Below are positions 7,751-16,394 of a stretch of DNA of 49,782 nt, piece after piece. The position numbers and the translations under genes are program-made. Location of the stretch: the NCBI GenBank assembly GCA_038120765.1, contig JAYOMI010000017.1:1-49782 (forward strand), given 5' to 3'. Source of the stretch: Rhodospirillaceae bacterium. Its GTDB lineage: Bacteria > Pseudomonadota > Alphaproteobacteria > MPNO01 > UBA830. The notes under the pieces are model-generated. The model was not told where the DNA came from. It ran no database searches and saw nothing but the letters and a program-made list of their open reading frames with translations. Numbering within the stretch: the first letter of the stretch is position 1; each line of letters begins with the position of its first letter.

Positions 7751-9451
7751 ATGAGGGATGCTCTGATCCGAAAGGCCCGTCAGGTGCTGGTGGACCCTGT
7801 GCTTCGGCGCTGGCTGCTACGGCGGATCGCCGGCCTGGAAAAATCTCCTGCCGGTTTCGCTGCCGGACACCCGCCCTATCTGGGCGCGGAAGCCGAAAAG
7901 CATCCGACTGTTGCTGTCACGGATTTTCCGCCCGGCAATTTTAGCGTCCCGACTGAAAACATCACGATCGAGCTGCCGGGAAAATCCGTTGAACTTTCGC
8001 CGGAGGATCCATCGGCGCTGTTTTCCAAACCCTATGCGGATCTTGAAACGCTTCTCGGCGCCCATCGTTTTGCCTGGGTTCCGACAGCAGGTAAAGATCT
8101 TGATCCCGACTGGGTTGCCGTCCTGTGGCGGTGCTGGACAGCTGTATATGGCGAGGAAGAGTCGGGATGGCCGTGGCACGCGTATACGGCGGCAGAGCGC
8201 GCGATCAATATCATCGATTTTGCACGCCGGTTCGGGATGCCAGGCGAGCGCGAGGCCACGGTGGACCTACTTGCGCGTCATGCCGATGTTATTCGCGCAG
8301 GCCTCGAATATTTCGGCGAACATTATACGTCTAACCATTTGTCCAACAACGGACGTGGGCTGCTGCGTATCGGGACGGCCCTCGGTCTGCACGATCACGC
8401 GGCGACCGGTGCAAAAATCATGGTGGCCGAGGCTGGGCGCATATTCGGCCGCTCAGGAATGCTGCGCGAAGGTTCCACCCACTATCACCTGCTCGTCACG
8501 CGCAACTATATCGATGCCTGGCTGGATGCCCGCGCGGCAGGTCTGAAAGACGCCGGTGTGCTTCGCGAAATTGCGGAACGCGCCATTGCGGCAATCCCGG
8601 GCCTATGTCTGCCGGGGGGGCTTCCCCTCATTGGCGATATATCGCCGGACGTATCGCCGGGGTTTATCGGCCGCCTTTCGGGTCCCGAGCACGCTGGTAC
8701 CTGGCCGGGAAATCTCAGCCAGGATCGTCAGCGGGATGCGTTTACAATGCTGAACGGTGTATCCCCCGTATCGCCCGATCGGCTCGCCGATGATGGCTGG
8801 CACCGCTTCGGTGCAGCCAGTTGGCATGCGTTATCCTATGTCCCGCCCGATGGATGGCCCCCAATGCCGGGTCACGGCCATCAGGATCTCGGCAGTTTCG
8901 AACTCCATGACGATCAACTGCCCATCCTTGTCGATCCGGGACGCGGCAGCTATGCGGATTTTCGCTACGGAGAAGCAGCGCTTCACAACGGGTTGATGAT
9001 CGATGGAAACGGACCGATGCCGGTCAATAGACCCTATTATGCCCACGCCTTCCGGCACCGCGTCATTGGTGAGTTGCCCCGGATGGAGCGTACCCGTGAT
9101 GGCAGGATTCTATGGGCCGCCGGGTTCGGGTATCTGAAATATGTCAAATCGGCGGAACGGGAATGGCGGTTCAGCGATTCCACAGTTGAGATACTTGACC
9201 GAATCGAGGGGCAGGGCCGCCATGTTATAAGCCGACGCCTTTGTACGCCGCTTGCCGTTACGGGGGAAGGGGACACTGCTATCCTGTCCGACGGTTCACG
9301 GTCCTATCGCGTTTTGATGGGTGGCGCTTTCAGACTTGAGGCAATTATCCGCTGGTCCGCATATGGTGAAGGCACGCCGGCAACGCAGATCGTTTCGGAA
9401 TGCCGGACATCGCTGCCCTTTGACGGGGCAATAAGAGTCGAACGTATTTGA
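7751..9451 (+). CDS. Heparinase II/III-like family protein
   Basis: The C-terminal block PMPGHGHQDLGSFELHDDQLPILVDPGRGSY resembles the heparinase II/III GHGH.D.LSF motif. 566 aa. Confidence 0.65.
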   Translation: MRDALIRKARQVLVDPVLRRWLLRRIAGLEKSPAGFAAGHPPYLGAEAEKHPTVAVTDFPPGNFSVPTENITIELPGKSVELSPEDPSALFSKPYADLETLLGAHRFAWVPTAGKDLDPDWVAVLWRCWTAVYGEEESGWPWHAYTAAERAINIIDFARRFGMPGEREATVDLLARHADVIRAGLEYFGEHYTSNHLSNNGRGLLRIGTALGLHDHAATGAKIMVAEAGRIFGRSGMLREGSTHYHLLVTRNYIDAWLDARAAGLKDAGVLREIAERAIAAIPGLCLPGGLPLIGDISPDVSPGFIGRLSGPEHAGTWPGNLSQDRQRDAFTMLNGVSPVSPDRLADDGWHRFGAASWHALSYVPPDGWPPMPGHGHQDLGSFELHDDQLPILVDPGRGSYADFRYGEAALHNGLMIDGNGPMPVNRPYYAHAFRHRVIGELPRMERTRDGRILWAAGFGYLKYVKSAEREWRFSDSTVEILDRIEGQGRHVISRRLCTPLAVTGEGDTAILSDGSRSYRVLMGGAFRLEAIIRWSAYGEGTPATQIVSECRTSLPFDGAIRVERI

Positions 9452-9903
9452 GAATCGCAGATTTTATGGGCCTGACAGACGAAAAAACAAGCGGCGCGAA
9501 GTTTAGAATTGCTGCTTTTCTGGCGAGCAAATTTGGCCTCGCTGCAAAACGTTACCTGGTGGTCGGCGGCGCGTCTGCCGCTGCGGACTGGGCAATTTTT
9601 GCGGCAATGCTGTATGGCTTCGATCTTCACTATATTGCCGCCGGCACGATCTCTTTTATTCTGGCGACGGCACTGAATTATTATCTGTCGGTGCGCTTTG
9701 TTTTCGGCGCCGGCAGCCGTGGCCCCCGTCAGGCAATGATTCTCGTATATTTGGTCAGCATCGTCGGCATCGCCATCAACCTCATCGTCCTGACTGTCGG
9801 TATAGATATCCTCGAAATGCACCCGCTGATCGCGAAGTTTTTTGCAACAGGCGTTGCTGTGTTCTGGAACTTTCTTGCCCGTTATTTCTATGTATTCAAA
9901 TGA
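9448..9903 (+). CDS. GtrA family membrane protein (lipid-linked sugar translocation associated)
   Basis: KRYLVVGGASAAADWAIFAAML...ATALNYYLSVRFVF...FWNFLARYFYVFK gives a 4-TM GtrA-like pattern. The start is either the TTG at 9448 or the ATG at 9466. Confidence 0.65.
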   Translation: MRIADFMGLTDEKTSGAKFRIAAFLASKFGLAAKRYLVVGGASAAADWAIFAAMLYGFDLHYIAAGTISFILATALNYYLSVRFVFGAGSRGPRQAMILVYLVSIVGIAINLIVLTVGIDILEMHPLIAKFFATGVAVFWNFLARYFYVFK

Positions 9904-10028
9904 AGAATGTTCTCGATCAGCGATCTCTCAATCTTCTTTTCTGGATATGGATCATCGTGATGCTCGGGCTCTATGTGGGCTCCTTCGGACCGGTGATTCG
10001 CATACTGCTTTCGTCGTTTGTAGCGTGA
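9900..10028 (+). CDS. Candidate 42-aa single-TM small protein (below the ORF-track cutoff)
   Basis: My translation is MKNVLDQRSLNLLFWIWIIVMLGLYVGSFGPVIRILLSSFVA. Its ATG overlaps the GtrA stop (ATGA at 9900..9903), and it ends 23 nt before the next gene. Confidence 0.3.
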   Translation: MKNVLDQRSLNLLFWIWIIVMLGLYVGSFGPVIRILLSSFVA

Positions 10029-10051
10029 TTGGCAGGGGCCGGGTTTTTTAA

Positions 10052-11977
10052 ATGACGACGATCGTTGCGCTGGTGTCAGTCGTCGTGCTTGTTTCGGGCT
10101 GCATTGGGTATGGGCTTCTGGTGACCCGGTTATGTGGGGCGCACAGATTTATCCTGGACCCCCTGGAACAACAGGTGCTTGGCTTTTCAGTCGGTGTCGG
10201 AACGCTCGGCTGGCTTGTGTTCTTCCCCGGCGTGGCGGGGTATTTCACCCCGACTGTTTTCTGGGCGATATGTCTCCCGGCAGCTTCCTATGCCGTGGTC
10301 TGGTGGCTCCGCTCCGGAATATTGCCGAAACTTCCTGGTTTTTCACGGTCTGAAATTCTTTTGCTGGCGCTTATTGCCTGCGTCGCCGGCATTGACGTTA
10401 TCGAGGGGATTTCTCCCCCTGCAGATGCAGATTCGCTGGCTTATCATTTCGCCCTCCCGGCGGATTTTCTCGCAGCCGAACAGATATTGTTCGTGCCGCG
10501 GGCGGTCAGCGGCGCGATCCCGCTGCTCTGGCATATGACATATGCCGTTGCCCTCGGGACCGGGGGTGAAGTGGCGCTGACGTTGTGGGCCACCGTTACT
10601 TGCTGGGCTGCGGTCCTGTTATTCTACGCGGTGATGCGTCGGCATATACCGCGTGTCTGGGGTATTGCGGCAGCACTGGTCTTGCTGACCACGCCGGCTG
10701 TCTTATACGGCGGCGGCAACGGACAGGTAGAGATCCGATGCGCCCTTTTTGCCATCGCGGCGGTCGTATTCATCGTTTCGAGCCAGCAATACAATGCATC
10801 TGGGCTCCTGTTCCTCGGCGGACTGTGCGCCGGTTTTTTCATGGGCGCCAAGTTTTACGGTCTGATATTCGTTGGGGCTGCGGGACTCGTAATTCTGGTC
10901 CAGCGTGGTGGCGTGCGAAATGCCGCAATTTTTGGGTCTGCGGCCTTGTGCGCCGGGTTCCAATGGTATTTCTGGAATTGGCTGCACACGGGCGATCCGA
11001 TATTCCCGACACTGACGAATTTGTTGCAGTTCCCCGATTCTTCGATCTGGACGCGGGATTTCGGTCGGTATTTCTCTCAGACGCTTGCCAGCGGAGAACT
11101 CCCGCTGGACCGGACCGTTCTAAACTGGCTCAGTTATCCTGTTTATTCGATCTTTAATCTTGTTGAACAGCTCGAAGGTGGGCGAACAGGACTGGGTATA
11201 TTTTCTGTTCTGATTTTGCCTTTGGCCGTTTATGGATTTAGCCGTTCCGAATACAGACGACGCGAGTTCATCGTGCCATTGGCGGTCGCATTCATTTTCT
11301 TCACAGTCTGGTTTTTCAGTGGCACTACCCAAAGGACGCGCCATTTATTGACTGTCTACCCGCTGATCACGCTCGGATTTTTTCCTGTCGCCGTCAATGT
11401 CGCCCGGCGTCTATCTCTATCTTTTCCTCTAGCGGCCGGCATTGCCGTTGTTGTGGCCATGCAGATTGCTGGCCAGTTGGTCTTTGGGGCCAACCACGTG
11501 AGCCATGTCTTCAGCGCCGAGACGCGTTACGATTTCTATCGACGGAATGTGCCCGGAGCGAATGCGGCGCTTTGGGTCGCTTCGGAATTGCGTGAAGAGG
11601 GCAAGGTGGGTTTTATGAACCGTCAACTTGCCTACTTGTTGAATCCACCGCGTTACATGATGCATCCACATCTCCAGACTCTTGTGGATAGCAGGGCGAC
11701 GGTGTCGGATGAACGCCTTTTCGTCGCGCAAATCAAACAGCAGGGTATTACACACCTCTTGTTGCCCGGAAATTGGGGTGGATCGGATGCAAAAGCGGCC
11801 AACCGCTTAAATTTTCATGGGTTGGTCGACCGTCTTTTGCAACAGGGTTGTCTCAAACTTCTTCGCGAATTCGACACCTTGTCAATTCCATCGCGGACCC
11901 TTCGGCAATTCGGTGGCGAGGCCTTGAAAACCAAAGAGGCGCTATTTGGACTCCAGCCGGAGCATTGCCCGCAATGA
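10052..11977 (+). CDS. Large polytopic membrane protein, putative GT-C fold (ArnT/PMT-like) glycosyltransferase
   Basis: 641 aa with many hydrophobic spans. An acidic first-loop motif (PPADADSLAYHF) and a soluble C-terminal domain are present. It sits between the GtrA and DPM1-like GT2 genes. Confidence 0.5.
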   Translation: MTTIVALVSVVVLVSGCIGYGLLVTRLCGAHRFILDPLEQQVLGFSVGVGTLGWLVFFPGVAGYFTPTVFWAICLPAASYAVVWWLRSGILPKLPGFSRSEILLLALIACVAGIDVIEGISPPADADSLAYHFALPADFLAAEQILFVPRAVSGAIPLLWHMTYAVALGTGGEVALTLWATVTCWAAVLLFYAVMRRHIPRVWGIAAALVLLTTPAVLYGGGNGQVEIRCALFAIAAVVFIVSSQQYNASGLLFLGGLCAGFFMGAKFYGLIFVGAAGLVILVQRGGVRNAAIFGSAALCAGFQWYFWNWLHTGDPIFPTLTNLLQFPDSSIWTRDFGRYFSQTLASGELPLDRTVLNWLSYPVYSIFNLVEQLEGGRTGLGIFSVLILPLAVYGFSRSEYRRREFIVPLAVAFIFFTVWFFSGTTQRTRHLLTVYPLITLGFFPVAVNVARRLSLSFPLAAGIAVVVAMQIAGQLVFGANHVSHVFSAETRYDFYRRNVPGANAALWVASELREEGKVGFMNRQLAYLLNPPRYMMHPHLQTLVDSRATVSDERLFVAQIKQQGITHLLLPGNWGGSDAKAANRLNFHGLVDRLLQQGCLKLLREFDTLSIPSRTLRQFGGEALKTKEALFGLQPEHCPQ

Positions 11978-12042
11978 TCTATGCGATTCTTGTGCTGACC
12001 GTTTTTGACCGATAAGAGTACCCGTATGAAATACGGCATATC

Positions 12043-12786
12043 ATGAAACCTCCGTCACCCAATGACGAGAATCCTTTCAGGGAAGATTTTCCAGAGCAGG
12101 TTCTCGAGGATCTTGAGGATTTGCCCAATTACAATGACTGGATAGTATCTCACTTCGCGCCGTTTCTTGAGGGGCATATTGCGGAAGTCGGGGCGGGCCT
12201 TGGCACTATTTCGGGGCGGTTGCTTTCCAGGGTACAGAGCCTGGACCTTATCGAACCGGCACCGGTTATGGCAGCTGAACTAGTGCACAAATTTGGTGAG
12301 GATACAAATGTTCGGGTCCTCGGCCAAACACTCGAAGATTGGCAGCGGGGGGTTCAAACTGATGAATATGATGGAATAGTCCTAGTTAATGTGCTTGAGC
12401 ATATAAGAGATGACTGTGCCGCCGCCCAGGGATTTTTTCGCAGCCTGAAACCTGGCGGACATCTCATGATTTTTGTCCCGGCGATGCCGCGCTTATACAG
12501 CAAGCTCGACTACGCCTATGGCCACTATCGTCGATATACCCGAAGGAACCTGCAGGAATGCGTCACAGGTGCCGGCTTCAAGATCGAAAAGCTTCATTTC
12601 GTCGATCTTGCCGGTGTTTTCCCCTGGTGGTTATTGAACACCGTCATGGGAAAAACCTCTTTCCACCCGCCGTCTCTCCGCGTCTATGATCGATTTGTCG
12701 TTCCCCTGACGCGCAGTCTCGAATCCGTTTTACGTCCCCCTTTGGGGAAAAACCTGATACTGGTTGCCCGCAAAGCCCAAGGCTGA
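12043..12786 (+). CDS. Class I SAM-dependent methyltransferase
   Basis: IAEVGAGLGTISGRLL is motif I. IVLVNVLEHIRDD and LKPGGHLMIFVP are also present. Confidence 0.7.
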   Translation: MKPPSPNDENPFREDFPEQVLEDLEDLPNYNDWIVSHFAPFLEGHIAEVGAGLGTISGRLLSRVQSLDLIEPAPVMAAELVHKFGEDTNVRVLGQTLEDWQRGVQTDEYDGIVLVNVLEHIRDDCAAAQGFFRSLKPGGHLMIFVPAMPRLYSKLDYAYGHYRRYTRRNLQECVTGAGFKIEKLHFVDLAGVFPWWLLNTVMGKTSFHPPSLRVYDRFVVPLTRSLESVLRPPLGKNLILVARKAQG

Positions 12787-12849
12787 ACTCCGTTCATCAT
12801 TAAAAAATAGCCTGTCCCATCACGACCGAGATCGGAAATCTCCCAAGAA

Positions 12850-13554
12850 ATGTCCGAAGTCAAAAACGTAACCATTCTGATCCCCGCGTATAATGAAAGC
12901 GCGACAATCATTCAGCTGCTTGAGAGGGTGAATCAGCAGAACGTCGAGGGATTCGCGCTTGAAATCCTGGTAATCGACGACGGTTCGACTGACGGTACGC
13001 GCGACCTGCTGGATGCGCGCCCGGATCTTTACACCCGGCTGATCAAGAGGCCGCAGAACGGCGGCAAGGGTGCCGCTGTCGTCAATGGGCTCGCCGAAGC
13101 CACCGGCGACTACATATTGTTCCAGGATGCCGACCTTGAGTACGATCCCGGCGAATATTCAAAACTGTTCGCGCCGGTCAGCCGGTTCGGCGCAGAGATT
13201 GTCATTGGCAGCCGGTTTATCGCGCCGGAATACACGCGGGTCTCCTATTTCTGGCATAAGTTCGGCAACCGGGTTCTGACGTTCGTGTTCAACATCTTAA
13301 ACAACACGACGTTCACAGATATCTATAGCTGCTACCTGATGTATCGACGCGATCTGGTTGATCCGGATACCCTGAAGGCGATGGGCTGGGATCAACATGC
13401 CGAGATTTTGTCGATCGCCGTGGCGAACGGAAAGGCCTTTTATGAAGTACCTGTCAGTTATCATGGGCGGGGCTACGAAGAGGGCAAGAAAATTCGCGCG
13501 CATCACGGTATTGGTGTCATTCTGACGATTCTTAGAAAACGGCTGTTTCGATAG
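12850..13554 (+). CDS. Family 2 glycosyltransferase, DPM1/ArnC/GtrB-like polyprenyl-phosphate sugar synthase type
   Basis: Contains ILIPAYNESATI, VIDDGSTDGT and FQDADLEYDP (DxD). 234 aa. Confidence 0.8.
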   Translation: MSEVKNVTILIPAYNESATIIQLLERVNQQNVEGFALEILVIDDGSTDGTRDLLDARPDLYTRLIKRPQNGGKGAAVVNGLAEATGDYILFQDADLEYDPGEYSKLFAPVSRFGAEIVIGSRFIAPEYTRVSYFWHKFGNRVLTFVFNILNNTTFTDIYSCYLMYRRDLVDPDTLKAMGWDQHAEILSIAVANGKAFYEVPVSYHGRGYEEGKKIRAHHGIGVILTILRKRLFR

Positions 13555-13574
13555 TCTGAAGGCGGAGAGAACTC

Positions 13575-14048
13575 ATGGCCGATGCGCCTCATATAGAACC
13601 CGTGACAGAAGAGGAAAAAGCGACCTGGCCGAAAGAGCCGCTGGTCGCATTGGAAAAGCCGTTCGTCGATGTCCGGGGGGCAATTCATCCCCTCGTCGAC
13701 AGGCTGATGAAAAGTGCCGTCCTGATCGAATCGAAAAAAGGCACGCTGCGTGCCAATCACTATCACAAGACCGACTGGCATTATTGCTATGTGATTTCCG
13801 GTTCCATCGAATATTACCATCGCCCGACAGGCAGTGAGGCTGAACCCGAATGCGTGGTCGCGCGTGCGGGAGACATGGTCTTCACAGCGCCGCTTGTGGA
13901 TCACGGCATGGTTTTCCCCGAAGACACCGTATTCCTCACATTATCGCGCAACCCGCGCGACCAGGCGACCTACGAGGCCGATGTCGTCCGGATCGATTTG
14001 CTGAAACCGGACGGACTTACGGTCTGGAAACCCGGCGATGAAGACTAG
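13575..14048 (+). CDS. Cupin-fold protein, RmlC/ketoisomerase-like NDP-sugar epimerase/isomerase candidate
   Basis: DVRGAIHPL and SKKGTLRANHYHKTDWHYCYVISG resemble RmlC-like cupin blocks. The neighbouring genes are sugar-tailoring genes. Confidence 0.5.
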   Translation: MADAPHIEPVTEEEKATWPKEPLVALEKPFVDVRGAIHPLVDRLMKSAVLIESKKGTLRANHYHKTDWHYCYVISGSIEYYHRPTGSEAEPECVVARAGDMVFTAPLVDHGMVFPEDTVFLTLSRNPRDQATYEADVVRIDLLKPDGLTVWKPGDED

Positions 14049-14051
14049 CCG

Positions 14052-15299
14052 ATGACAACCCGGTATTTCAGGCGCGATTATTGCCAGCTTTGCGGCAGCA
14101 GGGACCTGACGCTGATTCTATCCCTGGCGCCGACGCCCCCGGCAAACGCCTTCGTTCCGGAAAGCGCGCTTGATCAGGAACAGGAATGTTTTCCGCTTGA
14201 CGTCTTCCACTGCGAGGACTGTCATCACACACAATTGACCGATGTCGTCGATCCTGCGGTTCTGTTTGAGAATTATGTTTATGTTTCGGGCACATCGCCC
14301 GCGTTTGTAAGTCATTTCGAAGACTATGCCGCGAAGGTCATCGACAGATTCTCTCCGCCGGCTGACGGGCTGGTCGTCGATATCGGATCCAATGACGGCA
14401 CGCTTCTTCGGTTCTTCCGGAATGCCGGGATGCGGGTTCTGGGGATTGACCCGGCGCGAGAGATTGCCGCGACAGCGACCGCAGAAGGTATAGAGACGCT
14501 TCCGAATTTCTTTACCCCGGCGCTCGCAAGGGAAATTGTCGATTCGCGCGGCAAGGCTGCGGTGGTAACGGCAAATAATGTATTCGCCCATGCCGACGAT
14601 TTGAGATCCATTGCCGAAGGGATAGCCGCTTTGCTGGCGCCGGACGGCGTTTTTGTTTTCGAAGTGTCCTATCTCGTCGATGTATTTGAAGATGTCCTGT
14701 TCGATACGATCTATCATGAACATATGGCGTACCATTCCGTCGGACCTCTGCAGAGGTTCTTCAAAACTATCGGCATGGATTTCTTCGCAGCGGAACGTAT
14801 TCCCAGCCACGGCGGGAGCCTGCGCGGCTACGTACAGCTTGCCGGCGGACCGCATCAGAATGATGGAACCGTCGAAAGCCTGTTGGCGGTGGAGCGCTCT
14901 CTCGGACTTGATTCGTCGGCGACGCTCAAGGATTTTGGCGCCCGGATCGACAGGCTTGGACAGACCTTTACAGGTGTGATCAGGGAATTACAGGCGGCAG
15001 GCAATACAATAGCGGGCTATGGCGCACCGGCCAAAGCGACGACCCTGCTTTACCATTTCGGGATAGCGCCGGGAACGCTCGACTTCATCGTCGATGATAG
15101 CCCGTTAAAGCAGGGCCTTTACAGCCCGGGTCTGCACATTCCTGTCGTGCCCGCCCAAATCCTGCTCGAGAGACAACCTGATATACTCGTGATTCTGGCG
15201 TGGAATTTCGCCGGGGTTATTATGGAAAAGAATGCCGCGTTCGCAGAGAGAGGCGGGCGCTTTCTTGTACCCGTCCCCGAAGTGCGGCTTTTTCCATGA
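14052..15299 (+). CDS. NDP-hexose C-methyltransferase family (TylCIII-like; N-terminal Zn ribbon + class I MT + C-terminal domain)
   Basis: CQLCGS...LAPTPPANAF...FHCEDCHHTQL is a Cys4-type zinc ribbon. VVDIGSNDGTLL is SAM motif I. 415 aa, typical of this family. Confidence 0.75.
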   Translation: MTTRYFRRDYCQLCGSRDLTLILSLAPTPPANAFVPESALDQEQECFPLDVFHCEDCHHTQLTDVVDPAVLFENYVYVSGTSPAFVSHFEDYAAKVIDRFSPPADGLVVDIGSNDGTLLRFFRNAGMRVLGIDPAREIAATATAEGIETLPNFFTPALAREIVDSRGKAAVVTANNVFAHADDLRSIAEGIAALLAPDGVFVFEVSYLVDVFEDVLFDTIYHEHMAYHSVGPLQRFFKTIGMDFFAAERIPSHGGSLRGYVQLAGGPHQNDGTVESLLAVERSLGLDSSATLKDFGARIDRLGQTFTGVIRELQAAGNTIAGYGAPAKATTLLYHFGIAPGTLDFIVDDSPLKQGLYSPGLHIPVVPAQILLERQPDILVILAWNFAGVIMEKNAAFAERGGRFLVPVPEVRLFP

Positions 15300-15332
15300 A
15301 ACACGCCATCCCGTCCTCCTACCGGTGAATCC

Positions 15333-16394
15333 ATGACAGATTTTTTGCTGAGATCAGATATTGAAGAAATTGCGACCCGGCTGCGTGAAGATGCGGCAGT
15401 TCTCTCTGGCAAGACAGTATTGCTGACAGGCGGCCGAGGCTTCCTTGGCCGCTATTTTACCGAGATATTCGCAGAACTGAATGAAGCCGTTCTGGATCAG
15501 CCGGTGAAGGTTGTGCTTTTGGACAATCTTATTACGGCCGGCGAAGCGGGATCCGCCGCCTTTGCCGATCCAAACATGGAATTTGTGCAGCACGATGTCA
15601 TTCAGCCGTTCGACTGGGAAGGCGACCTGGATTACATCATTCACGCGGCGGGGATCGCCAGTCCGTATTATTATCGGGCATTTCCGCTCGAAACGCTGGA
15701 AGTGGCAATCACCGGCACCCGACACATGCTGGAACTGGCCGAGCGTCATGATGCGAAGCTGACGTTTTTCTCCTCCAGCGAAATCTATGGCGATCCTGAT
15801 CCATGCCATGTCCCGATCCCGGAGAGCTATCGCGGAAATGTTTCGTGCCAGGGACCGCGCGCCTGCTACGATGAAAGCAAGCGTGTGGGAGAAACCCTTT
15901 GCTATATTTTCCACACAAAGAACGGGACGCACACAAACGTCATCCGGCCGTTCAATGTCTACGGGCCGGGCATGCAGGAAACGGATTATCGGGTCCTGCC
16001 GAATTTCGCCAGCCGCGTCAAAGCGGGGCAGGCGCTGAAGGTTTACGGTACCGGCAATCAGACCAGGACGTTTTGCTACATTACCGATGCTATGGTCGGG
16101 TTCATGAAAGTGATCCTCCGGGGTGTTGCGGGCGAAGCGTATAACATCGGCAACACCAGGCCTGAAATTTCAATGGTCGAACTGGTCAGGACAATGGAAA
16201 AAGTGCTGGACCGGAAGCTTGATTACGATGTTATCGAATATCCGGACAGTTATCCCGCCGACGAACCAAACCGCCGCGCTCCCGATATCCGTAAAGCGCA
16301 GCTTCAACTGAAATTCGCGCCGGAGGTCACGCTCGAGGCAGGACTCGGCAGGTTTTTGGGTTGGACTGATGCAACGTTTACCGGCGGTGAATGA
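15333..16394 (+). CDS. UDP-glucuronate decarboxylase-like SDR (UXS / ArnA C-terminal-domain type)
   Basis: Contains VLLTGGRGFLGRYF, SSSEIYGDP, GPRACYDESKRVGETLCY, RPFNVYGP and GTGNQTRTFCYITD. These are collinear with eukaryotic and bacterial UXS sequences recalled from memory. Confidence 0.85.
   Translation: MTDFLLRSDIEEIATRLREDAAVLSGKTVLLTGGRGFLGRYFTEIFAELNEAVLDQPVKVVLLDNLITAGEAGSAAFADPNMEFVQHDVIQPFDWEGDLDYIIHAAGIASPYYYRAFPLETLEVAITGTRHMLELAERHDAKLTFFSSSEIYGDPDPCHVPIPESYRGNVSCQGPRACYDESKRVGETLCYIFHTKNGTHTNVIRPFNVYGPGMQETDYRVLPNFASRVKAGQALKVYGTGNQTRTFCYITDAMVGFMKVILRGVAGEAYNIGNTRPEISMVELVRTMEKVLDRKLDYDVIEYPDSYPADEPNRRAPDIRKAQLQLKFAPEVTLEAGLGRFLGWTDATFTGGE

Noticed and set aside
9842-10051. 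69-aa + strand ORF overlapping the GtrA 3' end and the following spacer
   Set aside because: It lies mostly inside the GtrA coding frame region. Its translation is Cys/Ser/Arg-rich and non-hydrophobic. The alternative 42-codon frame with ATGA coupling and a clean TM helix is the more plausible small gene.
12022-12036. Small hairpin CCGTAT-gaa-ATACGG just upstream of the methyltransferase ATG at 12043
   Set aside because: Only 6 bp, AT-containing, with no U-tract. It is likely a chance palindrome and there is insufficient evidence for regulation.
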